Assembly (NCBI GenBank): GCA_022703055.1
Contig: JAKLEP010000002.1
Location: forward strand, 224,480 to 288,479
Reading direction: 5' to 3'
Source of the DNA: Candidatus Omnitrophota bacterium
GTDB lineage: Bacteria > Omnitrophota > Gorgyraeia > VGKH01
DNA: 64,000 nt
Shown in pieces: positions 37,946-46,481 of this stretch (position 1 is its first letter; each line of letters starts with the position of its first letter). A program made the position numbers and the translations under genes. The notes below the pieces were generated by a model that was not told where the DNA came from, ran no database searches, and was given only the letters and a program-made list of their open reading frames with translations.

Positions 37946-38594
37946 AAATCGGATCCCTCGTCCTTGCTTCTTTAAAACCTTTTGCCCGCAATCTGCAGCT
38001 GTCGCATTTTCCACAAGGAGTTTTTGCTCCGCTATAACAAGACCAGGTTAATTCATAAGGAACGCCTAATTTTCTTCCTAATCGAATAATCTCTGATTTG
38101 TTTTTGTCGATCAAAGGCGTTAGAATCTTAGCCGGCTTCCCCTGAACGCCGGTTTTCGTGCCTTTTTCAATTACCTTTTTTAAAGCTTGATAAAATTCTC
38201 CTCGGCAATCAGGATAGCCCGAATAATCAATCTGATTGGCGCCGATAAATATTGTGCGAGCCTTTTGGGCCTCAGCAAATGAAAGAGCAAAACTTAAGAA
38301 AATCAGATTTCTCCCCGGCACGTAAGTCGAAGGAATCGTTTTTCTATTTCTGTATTGAGGAACTTTTAACTTTCTATCTAATAAGCTTGACCCACCCCAG
38401 GGAAGATTTATTTTTATCAATCTAAAATCGCATTTAGCGGATTTAGCAATCTTAATTGCAGATTTAATTTCTTTCTTGTGCCTTTGCCCATAGTCAAAAA
38501 TCAGGCAAAGGCACTTATAACCTTGATCTTTGGCTAGAAATAATGTGGTACTAGAATCTAATCCGCCGGAAAGTAAAACAACTGCTTTTTTCAC
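37938..38594 (-). CDS. queC: 7-cyano-7-deazaguanine synthase
   Basis: 218 aa with SGGLDS (PP-loop) and the C-terminal Zn site CGKCDSC. GTG start. Confidence 0.9.
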   Translation of the reverse strand: MKKAVVLLSGGLDSSTTLFLAKDQGYKCLCLIFDYGQRHKKEIKSAIKIAKSAKCDFRLIKINLPWGGSSLLDRKLKVPQYRNRKTIPSTYVPGRNLIFLSFALSFAEAQKARTIFIGANQIDYSGYPDCRGEFYQALKKVIEKGTKTGVQGKPAKILTPLIDKNKSEIIRLGRKLGVPYELTWSCYSGAKTPCGKCDSCRLRAKGFKEARTRDPIYG

Positions 38595-38647
38595 CCCGCT
38601 CTTCCTTGTTTATCCCCCGTCCTCTTTAACAGGAAGGGCGGGGTTCA
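38595..38647 (-). promoter_or_regulatory. GC-rich hairpin / H-type pseudoknot candidate in the queD-queC spacer; preQ1-I riboswitch-like topology, unverified
   Basis: The minus strand reads CCCCG-CC-CUUCC-UGUUAAAGAGGA-CGGGG-GAUAAACAA-GGAAG-AGCGGG-GUG. The loop CUUCC can pair with the GGAAG of the queC SD. The linker is A-rich. Confidence 0.3.
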
Positions 38648-39010
38648 TTATTCAATGTAACTTGCGTATGATGTGTCGGATTCCCAAACAGTAACCTTGG
38701 TTAGCCCTAGCTTCTTATCTTTTGACCGCAGCTGGTCATAAATATATTTCGCAATATTTTCTGAGGTTGGATTAACTTTCTTGAAATAATCAACATCGTT
38801 TAAGAACTTATGGTCCAATTTGTTTAAAACAGATTTTAAAAGATTTTTTAGGTGGTGAAAATCTACAACCATGCCGATTTTGTCTAAATTTTCACTTTGG
38901 ATAAATGCTTCTACTTTCCAGTTATGGCCGTGGAGCTCTTCGCATTTTCCTTTGTAGCCTCTTAACCGGTGGGCAGAGCTAAAATTTGATTCAACTCTTA
39001 CTTCAAACAT
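38648..39010 (-). CDS. queD: 6-carboxy-5,6,7,8-tetrahydropterin synthase
   Basis: 120 aa with the SAHRL and CEELHGHNW motifs. It overlaps the murI 3' end by 8 nt. Confidence 0.9.
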   Translation of the reverse strand: MFEVRVESNFSSAHRLRGYKGKCEELHGHNWKVEAFIQSENLDKIGMVVDFHHLKNLLKSVLNKLDHKFLNDVDYFKKVNPTSENIAKYIYDQLRSKDKKLGLTKVTVWESDTSYASYIE

Positions 39011-39794
39011 TATTCACTCTTCTTAGGTTTGTGATTTCTCTTCCCAGGAAATTCTTAGCTAATTTTCTGAATTGCTGTAATTCATCGCTGACGTAGAATA
39101 AATACTTGGCACTCCTTTTCTTGTTAAGAAGGCCTTCATTGGCGAGTACCTGTTTTGTCTCAAGGGTGACCTGCATGGCAGAATCGATGAGAGTAACCGA
39201 ACCGCCCAAAATCTCTCTAAAAACTTTCTTTAACAACGGGTAATGCGTGCAACCCATTATGAGCGTATCGATTCTTGCGTCTTTAAGCGGCTTTAAGTAA
39301 TGGCGGGCGATATCGTAGGTCGCTTTTTCTTTAAGCCAGCCCTCCTCAGCCAAAGGGACAAATAAAGGACAGGCCTGATTAAAGACTTTTATCTTGGGAT
39401 TTAACTGCTTTATCTGACGCTCGTAAGCCGCGCTATTAATCGTAGCCTTGGTTGCGATAACGCCGATACGGCCGCCTCTTGTGGCGTAGACTGCCTCTTT
39501 TACTCCAGGAGAAATCACGCCGATAATGGGAATTTTAAAATGTCTTTTCAAAACCGGTAATGCCACGCTGGAGGAAGTATTGCAGGCTACGACAATTATC
39601 TTAACATCTTGCTTCAGCAAAAACAGGATATTTTCCAGAGAAAATTTAATAATCGTTGGCTTGGATTTTATTCCGTAAGGAACCCTGGCTGTATCACCGA
39701 AATAAACGATATCTTCATAAGGCAAGGTCTTGATTATTTCCTTTACCACGGTTAAGCCGCCAACGCCCGAATCAAATACGCCTATAGCTTTCAT
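39003..39794 (-). CDS. murI: Glutamate racemase
   Basis: 263 aa. Motifs seen: GVFDSGVGGLTV, VVACNTSS and GCTHYPLL. Confidence 0.9.
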   Translation of the reverse strand: MKAIGVFDSGVGGLTVVKEIIKTLPYEDIVYFGDTARVPYGIKSKPTIIKFSLENILFLLKQDVKIIVVACNTSSSVALPVLKRHFKIPIIGVISPGVKEAVYATRGGRIGVIATKATINSAAYERQIKQLNPKIKVFNQACPLFVPLAEEGWLKEKATYDIARHYLKPLKDARIDTLIMGCTHYPLLKKVFREILGGSVTLIDSAMQVTLETKQVLANEGLLNKKRSAKYLFYVSDELQQFRKLAKNFLGREITNLRRVNNV

Positions 39795-39801
39795 CTTTTT
39801 A

Positions 39802-40878
39802 TTACCTCTTAGTCAGTTTATAAGCTCTTATATAATTTGTAATACTCGCAGCTAAGCCCTCTGCAATCTGTTGCCTGTAAAAACTGTTCTTTAAGAACCT
39901 CTCTTCTTTTGCATTAGATATGAATCCGACCTCGACCAAAATAGCGGGAATATTGGTCTCTTTTAAAACCACAAAACGCGCCGATTTTATACCCCTGTTT
40001 TTTAACCCCATCATCCTACAGGTGCTATCGCAAATATGTTTTGCCACTTCCTTGGAAGCAGCTATATTTTCAGTATAAATCATATCGCCTAAAATTGCCT
40101 TGAGGTTTTTCGAAGAACCCGAGGAAGAAGATTCTTCCACGGAAGAGGAATTTTCCGCGACTTCCAATGCCTTGGCTACATTATCCGTAGCTTCAGAAAA
40201 ATAATAGGTCTCAAAGCCATAAGGCTGTTTTGATTTATTGGCGTTGACGTGGATACTGATAAACAAATCGGCGTTTGATTTATTCGCTATCTGCGCCCTG
40301 CGAGTAAGAGGAATAAACTTATCGCTCGACCTAGTTAAAACAACATTGAGGCCTTTCGACTGAAGCACTTCTTTTAATCTTTTTGCAATATCTAAAGTGA
40401 TGTCTTTTTCTTTTGCCCCCGAGCCTCCCCTTGCCCCGGGATCATCGCCGCCATGGCCGGCATCAATAACTACCTTCTTTATCCTGTAACCATAGGTTAA
40501 AGACTCAACTGTTCTGGCTGAAGGCCTAAACTGAATCCACTTACTGACGATTCTATCGGCAAATCCGGAAGGAATTACAATCGCTCCGTTATAAAAACGG
40601 AAAGGCGGGCTAACTGTTTCTATCTGATTGTTTACCTCGGCAGTAACCGAACCGACTAGAATATTGGCTTGGTTATTCCCCTTCTTTAAAATTAAGACTT
40701 CCGAGAAATTATCCCATTGACAATCAATGCCATAGCTTTTGCAAAATTCCATCAGAGACAGATATCTTTGGCCGTCCAGGCTAAAAGTACCAACCCTCTT
40801 AGAAGTGGTAACTGTTGCGCAGCTAGCAGCAAACAAACATACCAAAATTATAATTATAAAATTGCGTATATTTCTCAT
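39802..40878 (-). CDS. N-acetylmuramoyl-L-alanine amidase (Amidase_3, AmiC-like) with an N-terminal lipoprotein-type signal
   Basis: 358 aa. Motifs seen: LFAASCA signal, VVIDAGHGGDDPGA, FISIHVNA and ILVEVGF. Confidence 0.85.
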   Translation of the reverse strand: MRNIRNFIIIILVCLFAASCATVTTSKRVGTFSLDGQRYLSLMEFCKSYGIDCQWDNFSEVLILKKGNNQANILVGSVTAEVNNQIETVSPPFRFYNGAIVIPSGFADRIVSKWIQFRPSARTVESLTYGYRIKKVVIDAGHGGDDPGARGGSGAKEKDITLDIAKRLKEVLQSKGLNVVLTRSSDKFIPLTRRAQIANKSNADLFISIHVNANKSKQPYGFETYYFSEATDNVAKALEVAENSSSVEESSSSGSSKNLKAILGDMIYTENIAASKEVAKHICDSTCRMMGLKNRGIKSARFVVLKETNIPAILVEVGFISNAKEERFLKNSFYRQQIAEGLAASITNYIRAYKLTKR

Positions 40879-40987
40879 TTCTTATAGCTATAATTCTACT
40901 AATTTTTAGATAAAAATGAAATAAAAATCTTATTTTTAATGGAAGGGCTGCTTTGTGACGATTTTATTAAGATTCCTAAAAGAAGAA

Positions 40988-42700
40988 TTATTTTTGCGTA
41001 CCCAATTTGCTCTGAAAAGCTGCATCTTGCCTGGAATAAGGCTTAAAATAATCTGACTCGCCGGAAATTATATGCGGGGTCAAAAATATGGCTAGCTCAG
41101 TTTTCGTAGTTGTCTTATCCTTGCTTCTAAAGGCTAATCCTAGAAGAGGTATATCTCCGAAAAACGGTAGTTTTTTTATCGTGTCCTGAATTTTATCTTT
41201 GATTAAACCGCCAATGATTATAGTTGTGCCATCCTTGACCATAACGTTGGTTTCGGCCACAGAAGTAGAAACAACAGGAATTTTATTGCCAGAAGCGGTA
41301 GTATATGGCGTTCCGGTTGAGCTGACTTCCGGTTTTATCTTCATGGTGACAAAACCATCGGCATTTATAGTCGGTGTGACCGATAATGTTACTCCCACAT
41401 CTACGAAGGTCACTTCCTCAGCAGTAGTAGAAATCCCTGTCGTATTAGTAGTGGTGGTGCTGACGTAAACCTCTTTTGTGCCCACTAGGATTTTTGCCTC
41501 TTGATTATTTAATACCGTGATTCTGGGAGTGGAAAGAGTATTGGTCTTACCGACGGTATTCAATGCCTCAATCAAAGCATAATATGAATATTTAGAGAAG
41601 TCAGCGCTCCCTACTGTCAGCGTGCTTCCTGAAGCTCCTGTGTCAACATCAAAGTTTCCGGCCAATTTAATATTGTTATAATGGAATATCTTATCCCAAT
41701 CGACCCCCATTTGGAACTGATCGGACAGATCAATCTGCAGGATTTTTGCCTCAATAGTAACCTCCGGCGTCTTTTCATCAAAGGCGGCAATCATCTTTGA
41801 GATCTTTTCCATATTTACCGCCGTATCCGTGACAACGATTTTGTTGGTGCGGCTATCTGTATCTATTCTTCCGACGTTAGGAGTAAGAATCCCAGTGATT
41901 CCTTTCTGAATATCTTCTGCCTTGGCATACCGCAATGTAAAAACCTGCGAGATAGTGGAGACATCAATGTGGTTTATCAATTGTTCCATGCTGGTTATAT
42001 TCTGGGGAGTATCAATTATTACGACGGTGTTGGATTTTTCATCAGCGATAACTTTGCCGATGGCGCTTTTTATCTGCGTCAATAAAGGTACTATCGCTCC
42101 CGCATTAGCAAACTTGAGAGGTATAATCTTTACCGAAGTCTTATCAGTGAACTTCTTGCCGTAAATAGTCTCGTATTCCTTCGCTGTCATGACTTTGACG
42201 ATTCCCTCTTCTTGCGAATAAGCAAGATCGTTAGTCTCCAGAATTATGCGAAGCGCATCCCAGACATTAACGTCTTTTAGAAAAATAGTGATTCTTCCTT
42301 TGACGTTTTTGCCTGCGGCGATATTAAGGCCGCTTTTCTTGGATATCAGCTTCAGAATATCCAGAATATCCATATCCTTCAATTCCAAAGTCTCGAGAGT
42401 CATCGAAGTCTCTTCCACCTTGGACTCTTCTGCTGATTTCGCCTCTTCTTGAGTAGAAGGACGGATTTCTTCTTCGGCATTTTCTGCTTCAGTATTTTCT
42501 GCTGTCGGCTCTTCCTCGATTGTCGGCTCTGGCTCTTCGACAACATTCTCAGGTTGTGGCGAAGCCTCATGGGTAACTATCCCCCGCCCTTCCTCTTTGA
42601 CTAAAGGCACGGCGGTATCTTTTTGTTCCTGGGCACATAATGGATACAAACAAACAAAACTTAGAAAAAAAGACATTATTAAAATATTATGTTTCTTCAT
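40988..42700 (-). CDS. gspD: Secretin (GspD/PilQ family)
   Basis: 570 aa. It has a signal peptide, an E/P/T-rich acidic linker, N-domains (DILDILKLISKKSGLNI), and a C-terminal secretin domain (PFFGDIPLLGLAFR...TELAIFLTP). Confidence 0.85.
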   Translation of the reverse strand: MKKHNILIMSFFLSFVCLYPLCAQEQKDTAVPLVKEEGRGIVTHEASPQPENVVEEPEPTIEEEPTAENTEAENAEEEIRPSTQEEAKSAEESKVEETSMTLETLELKDMDILDILKLISKKSGLNIAAGKNVKGRITIFLKDVNVWDALRIILETNDLAYSQEEGIVKVMTAKEYETIYGKKFTDKTSVKIIPLKFANAGAIVPLLTQIKSAIGKVIADEKSNTVVIIDTPQNITSMEQLINHIDVSTISQVFTLRYAKAEDIQKGITGILTPNVGRIDTDSRTNKIVVTDTAVNMEKISKMIAAFDEKTPEVTIEAKILQIDLSDQFQMGVDWDKIFHYNNIKLAGNFDVDTGASGSTLTVGSADFSKYSYYALIEALNTVGKTNTLSTPRITVLNNQEAKILVGTKEVYVSTTTTNTTGISTTAEEVTFVDVGVTLSVTPTINADGFVTMKIKPEVSSTGTPYTTASGNKIPVVSTSVAETNVMVKDGTTIIIGGLIKDKIQDTIKKLPFFGDIPLLGLAFRSKDKTTTKTELAIFLTPHIISGESDYFKPYSRQDAAFQSKLGTQK

Positions 42701-42725
42701 CTATCACTCCTTCGATAAGCCCCAA

Positions 42726-43373
42726 TTAAAGGCCTAGCTCAATATCCTCTCCCGCGCTAGATAGGATTACCTTGCTTTCTAATATATCTTTAACTAAAAC
42801 TTTATCCAAAGCGTCGCCCTTGTTTAGAAAATGCGTCATTTTTGTAGCCTTGTCTTCGATTATCGCCTGAGGATGCTTACCCAGGATTACTCCGACCAGT
42901 TTTAAATTCTTGGTGGCATCCTTCAAATTTGAACTTACTACCCCTGTATCTGTCTTATCGGAAGACAACGGAGCGGTAAATATATCTCTTCTGGAAAATT
43001 GCTTATAATAATAATCGTAATTTTGCGGTTTGCTTATTTTAATCTCCTGCTGTTTTTCGTTTTCTCCGGCGGCTTGAGCAAGCTTGTGCATTCTCCCTTT
43101 TACAGGAGTCAGAAAAACGACGAAGGCATATAAAGAAAATATAATCAATAAGACAACTAAAGTTAAATTAAGAGTCTTAAAGTTAAAAACACCAACGAGG
43201 AAATTTTTTAGAAAAATTTGAAGCGGTTTAAGAAAATTAAAATTGATTTTGGCCTTCTTTTCTGAAACAAACGAAACTTGAGAGTCTTTATCCGGTTCTT
43301 TTTTGGGACGGCCGCGAATCAATCTTAATAATTTTTCTTCCGGAGAGATATTTTTATCCATTAGCTGACCCAA
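42726..43373 (-). CDS. Single-pass membrane protein, GspB/GspC/PilP-like
   Basis: 215 aa with one TM helix. The C-terminal beta-domain (LKLVGVILGKHPQAIIEDKATKMTHFLNKGDAL..VLVKDILESKVIL) resembles the GspC HR / PilP fold signature. Confidence 0.45.
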   Translation of the reverse strand: MGQLMDKNISPEEKLLRLIRGRPKKEPDKDSQVSFVSEKKAKINFNFLKPLQIFLKNFLVGVFNFKTLNLTLVVLLIIFSLYAFVVFLTPVKGRMHKLAQAAGENEKQQEIKISKPQNYDYYYKQFSRRDIFTAPLSSDKTDTGVVSSNLKDATKNLKLVGVILGKHPQAIIEDKATKMTHFLNKGDALDKVLVKDILESKVILSSAGEDIELGL

Positions 43374-44188
43374 ACCCTCTCTTCTTCTAATAAAACATTG
43401 ATCAAATCTTCGTCCACTGCATTTTTATCATACATGACCAACTTCTCTAGGGCATTGTGACAGAGAAGCGAAATCTTCCTCGGGTATCCTTGAGAAAAAT
43501 TGTAGATTTTCTCAATAGCCTCATCAGTGAATAAGCTCCTGCCGTCATTATAACCTGCCTGTTTCAGACGAAAATCAATCATTTCCTTGGTTTCTCTTAT
43601 ATCCAAAGGATTAATAATGTATTTTAAGCTTACCCTGTCGATAAAATTGCGTATTTTTTTGACGCGAGGAAGTATTTCCATCTGCGCCAGAATGACTAGT
43701 TGCAATAATTTGTATTCGTTGGTCTCGTAATTTAAAAGAGTGCGTAAAATTTCCAAGAAAGGCTGGCTCAATTTCTGTCCTTCATCGATCAAAAGGATAA
43801 TAGTCTTATTTTCCTCAACGCCTTTTTGAAAAAGATACTTCTCTATTGATTCTTGGATATCGATTGTGGAACGAAAATCAGGCAGGACTCCGAAGGTCTT
43901 GGCAAGAGTAGTTAAAAACTGATACTCGGTTTTATAGTTAGGATCCAAAATCATTTTAAAAATGAATTTATCTTCTTCTCCGGCAAAAGATTGGAATAAG
44001 GTGCGGGAAAGAGTGGTCTTTCCGGTTCCTACATCGCCTAAAATCAAACTTAAGCCCCGTCTAAGACGGATAGAAATCTCGAGTCTCTGTAAAGCAGTAT
44101 TATGCTCGCGGGAACGATAAAAAAACTCAGGGTCCGGACTAGTCGAAAAAGGCTCTTTATTTAAATTTAATACTTTATAGTAACTCAT
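43361..44188 (-). CDS. exeA: ExeA/GspA-type AAA+ ATPase, short form without a periplasmic domain
   Basis: 275 aa. Motifs seen: the EPF..SPDP.FFY start, Walker A (GDVGTGKTT) and Walker B (LLIDEGQ). Confidence 0.8.
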   Translation of the reverse strand: MSYYKVLNLNKEPFSTSPDPEFFYRSREHNTALQRLEISIRLRRGLSLILGDVGTGKTTLSRTLFQSFAGEEDKFIFKMILDPNYKTEYQFLTTLAKTFGVLPDFRSTIDIQESIEKYLFQKGVEENKTIILLIDEGQKLSQPFLEILRTLLNYETNEYKLLQLVILAQMEILPRVKKIRNFIDRVSLKYIINPLDIRETKEMIDFRLKQAGYNDGRSLFTDEAIEKIYNFSQGYPRKISLLCHNALEKLVMYDKNAVDEDLINVLLEEERVWVS

Positions 44189-44418
44189 TTATCCGCGACT
44201 GAAACCTTTCTTTTGATTTCCGAGATAGATTTTCCTTCCTGACGGAGCCGGCGCACCTGCTGCAACATTTCCAAGCTTGAGTCATCAAAATAGCGGAAAT
44301 TCGTTTCAGGGCTTCTTCCGATCTCGTGCAACAGCCCGATTTTCAAATAATATTTAATCGTATGGATCGAATTCCCGCTCCGCCTAGACAGATCTTTTAT
44401 AAGATATATATTTTTCAT
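44185..44418 (-). CDS. MerR-superfamily HTH-only DNA-binding protein
   Basis: 77 aa. YLIKDLSRRSGNSIHTIKYYLKIGLL...FRYFDDSSLEMLQQVRRLRQEGKSISEIK matches the MerR N-terminal HTH and wing. There is no effector or dimerisation region. It overlaps exeA by 4 nt. Confidence 0.7.
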   Translation of the reverse strand: MKNIYLIKDLSRRSGNSIHTIKYYLKIGLLHEIGRSPETNFRYFDDSSLEMLQQVRRLRQEGKSISEIKRKVSVADK

Positions 44419-44436
44419 ATAGTTATGTCTTACTCC

Positions 44437-44478
44437 CTACTCAGAGAGTAGTATAGTAAAATTGAAGGATTTTGTCAA
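44437..44478 (-). promoter_or_regulatory. Internal consensus promoter (TTGACA-17 nt-TATACT) with an abutting 15-bp palindrome CTACTC-TCT-GAGTAG
   Basis: The -35 is at 44478-44473 and the -10 at 44455-44450 (minus strand). The palindrome spans 44437-44451 and overlaps the -10/+1 region, about 20 nt upstream of the HTH gene ATG. Confidence 0.5.
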
Positions 44479-44515
44479 GGTTTTTTTGAAACTGGGAAGC
44501 TATGGGCGAGAAAAA

Positions 44516-45070
44516 CTATGGAACTCGGATACGGCTAATAAGGATGGAAGTTCTGAGGGTGTTGGTGCGCATAGAGCGCCTCTCCAGGCGCATCCTCTCT
44601 ATCTTCAAGAAATGCGGCTGGCTCTGTAGGGTATGGATAAATTTGGTTAAATCTTCCAGCAATCCTTCGGCCTCGAGCTCAACTGAGAATTTCTTATAGA
44701 AATCTATAGCTCTTACACGCGAAGGCTTCATATCGGAAATACTTATCTTGATGTCTTTAGTAATGGCCTCTATTTCTGACAAAAGCGCAGACATTTCCTG
44801 CTCATCGCTGGATTTCTGTTTAATAAGATCGGCATATTTCTTGAAATTATCCTCAACGGATTCTTGATAACCGATAATTTTATTGCTTTTCTTTAATTTC
44901 AATTCTGCGATCCCGATTTGATTGTTCAGCTCGTCTATCTTGGCTTTAATGGGCTCGAAAATAAAATTTACCCCAAAATACGCCAATATAAGTAAAGCGC
45001 ATATTGAGAGTATAATCTTTTCTCTTGGAGAAAGACTCCTTATGGCCATTATTCCTTTCCTACCTGACAA
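44516..45070 (-). CDS. PilO/GspM-like inner-membrane platform protein
   Basis: 184 aa with one TM helix, a coiled coil and a C-terminal domain. An alternative start at 45049 (MAIRSL) gives a TAATG junction with the upstream gene. Confidence 0.55.
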   Translation of the reverse strand: MSGRKGIMAIRSLSPREKIILSICALLILAYFGVNFIFEPIKAKIDELNNQIGIAELKLKKSNKIIGYQESVEDNFKKYADLIKQKSSDEQEMSALLSEIEAITKDIKISISDMKPSRVRAIDFYKKFSVELEAEGLLEDLTKFIHTLQSQPHFLKIERMRLERRSMRTNTLRTSILISRIRVP

Positions 45071-46479
45071 GTAATCCTGAAATCGGTTACCTCGCCTTGG
45101 CTGGTCATCCTTTTGCTGGCATATTTTACTTCGACGTTCTTGAAATTCTTGGATTTCTCAAGCTTGCTTTGAAAACTAAATATGTCCGACATCTGGTTGG
45201 AAACTCCCTGCAAAGTAAGATCTCCTTTTTCGTCTAGGTTGAAAACATTTAAAGACATACTCGAGGGAAGAATATTGTAGAGCTCGTAAATCACATCTAT
45301 CCCCGAATTAGAATAATCCAGCTGATCTCTAATCAACTCCATTTTTTTAGTTGTATCCTCAACTTTTCTTGCGACCGGACCAACCTCTCCCAACTTAGAA
45401 TCAAGATATTTTAAATACTGCTCTTTTTTATAAATATTCAGATATGCTGCGCCTACAATAACCAAAACGGTTAAAATGAACAATGAACCACTGAAAAATA
45501 ATTCTTTCTTAAAATGTTTCAAATTCTGTTTTTTTCGCTCTGAATCAGGAAGAAGATTCATCTCATCTTCCTTGAGGCCCAAGGCGAGTCCGAAAATAGC
45601 AGTTAAAGATACATCCCCTATGGCGGCAAAACCCACGTGCGCGTTCTTGTTTATCGGAGTGTTGGCGAGCGGATTAATTATCTCGACGGGTAAAGAAAAT
45701 TCTAGGTTGAGTTTCTGGGACAAAAATGTCGCTTTTGAAGACTGAGTCAACAAAACAATCCTTGAGACTTCCGGATTTATCTTTTCTTTGCGGTATGTGG
45801 TTAAAGTTAAATGCATCTGCTCTAGAAATCCCTCTATTTTTTCAGCATTGAGCTCATTTATACCGAAAGAAAGCGACCTGGAAAAAACCGGGTTGCCCTC
45901 TGAGCAGAAACATAAATCTGTCACTACGCTGTCAATATTCACCAAAAGCACAGCTTCGCTTCTTAATTTTCCGCTTGAGGCGCGATAAAAACTATACCAT
46001 TTTGCGATACCTACCGAACTCAAACTCAATACGCTCGGACTGACTTCTACCGCATTAAGTATATGAGTATACTTATCGACAACATCCTTATGCGCAGTAA
46101 CAAGCAATACCTCGGCATATCCGTCTTTATATCTGGCGGTAATGACATAATCGCTGATAATATCCTCTTTAGGATAAGGTATCTGCTGCTTGATTTGAAA
46201 ATCCAGCATGTCCTCTATCTCTGCCGGATCCTGGGAAGGCAGTCTTAAATTTCTGACAATTGTCGAGCCGCGGGCGATTACACAGATTAAATTGGTAGGC
46301 TTTATCTTTGAATCGGAAATTAATTCTCTAACGGCTTTAGAGATGATCTCATTAGATGAATCTTTGATTTCCTTTACTCCGACAAAAACAACAGACCTGC
46401 CAGAATGGCCGCTTTTGGCATGCACCAATTTTACATGCGTCTGAGTAATTTCTAAAACACTGATAAGGGTTTTTTCCAT
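45049..46479 (-). CDS. PilM-PilN fusion protein (actin-like ATPase fold + TM + periplasmic domain), a GspL equivalent
   Basis: 476 aa. The N-terminal ~310 aa are PilM-like. A TM helix (LFFSGSLFILTVLVIVGAAYL) and a PilN-like tail follow. Confidence 0.7.
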   Translation of the reverse strand: MEKTLISVLEITQTHVKLVHAKSGHSGRSVVFVGVKEIKDSSNEIISKAVRELISDSKIKPTNLICVIARGSTIVRNLRLPSQDPAEIEDMLDFQIKQQIPYPKEDIISDYVITARYKDGYAEVLLVTAHKDVVDKYTHILNAVEVSPSVLSLSSVGIAKWYSFYRASSGKLRSEAVLLVNIDSVVTDLCFCSEGNPVFSRSLSFGINELNAEKIEGFLEQMHLTLTTYRKEKINPEVSRIVLLTQSSKATFLSQKLNLEFSLPVEIINPLANTPINKNAHVGFAAIGDVSLTAIFGLALGLKEDEMNLLPDSERKKQNLKHFKKELFFSGSLFILTVLVIVGAAYLNIYKKEQYLKYLDSKLGEVGPVARKVEDTTKKMELIRDQLDYSNSGIDVIYELYNILPSSMSLNVFNLDEKGDLTLQGVSNQMSDIFSFQSKLEKSKNFKNVEVKYASKRMTSQGEVTDFRITCQVGKE

Positions 46480-46481
46480 AC

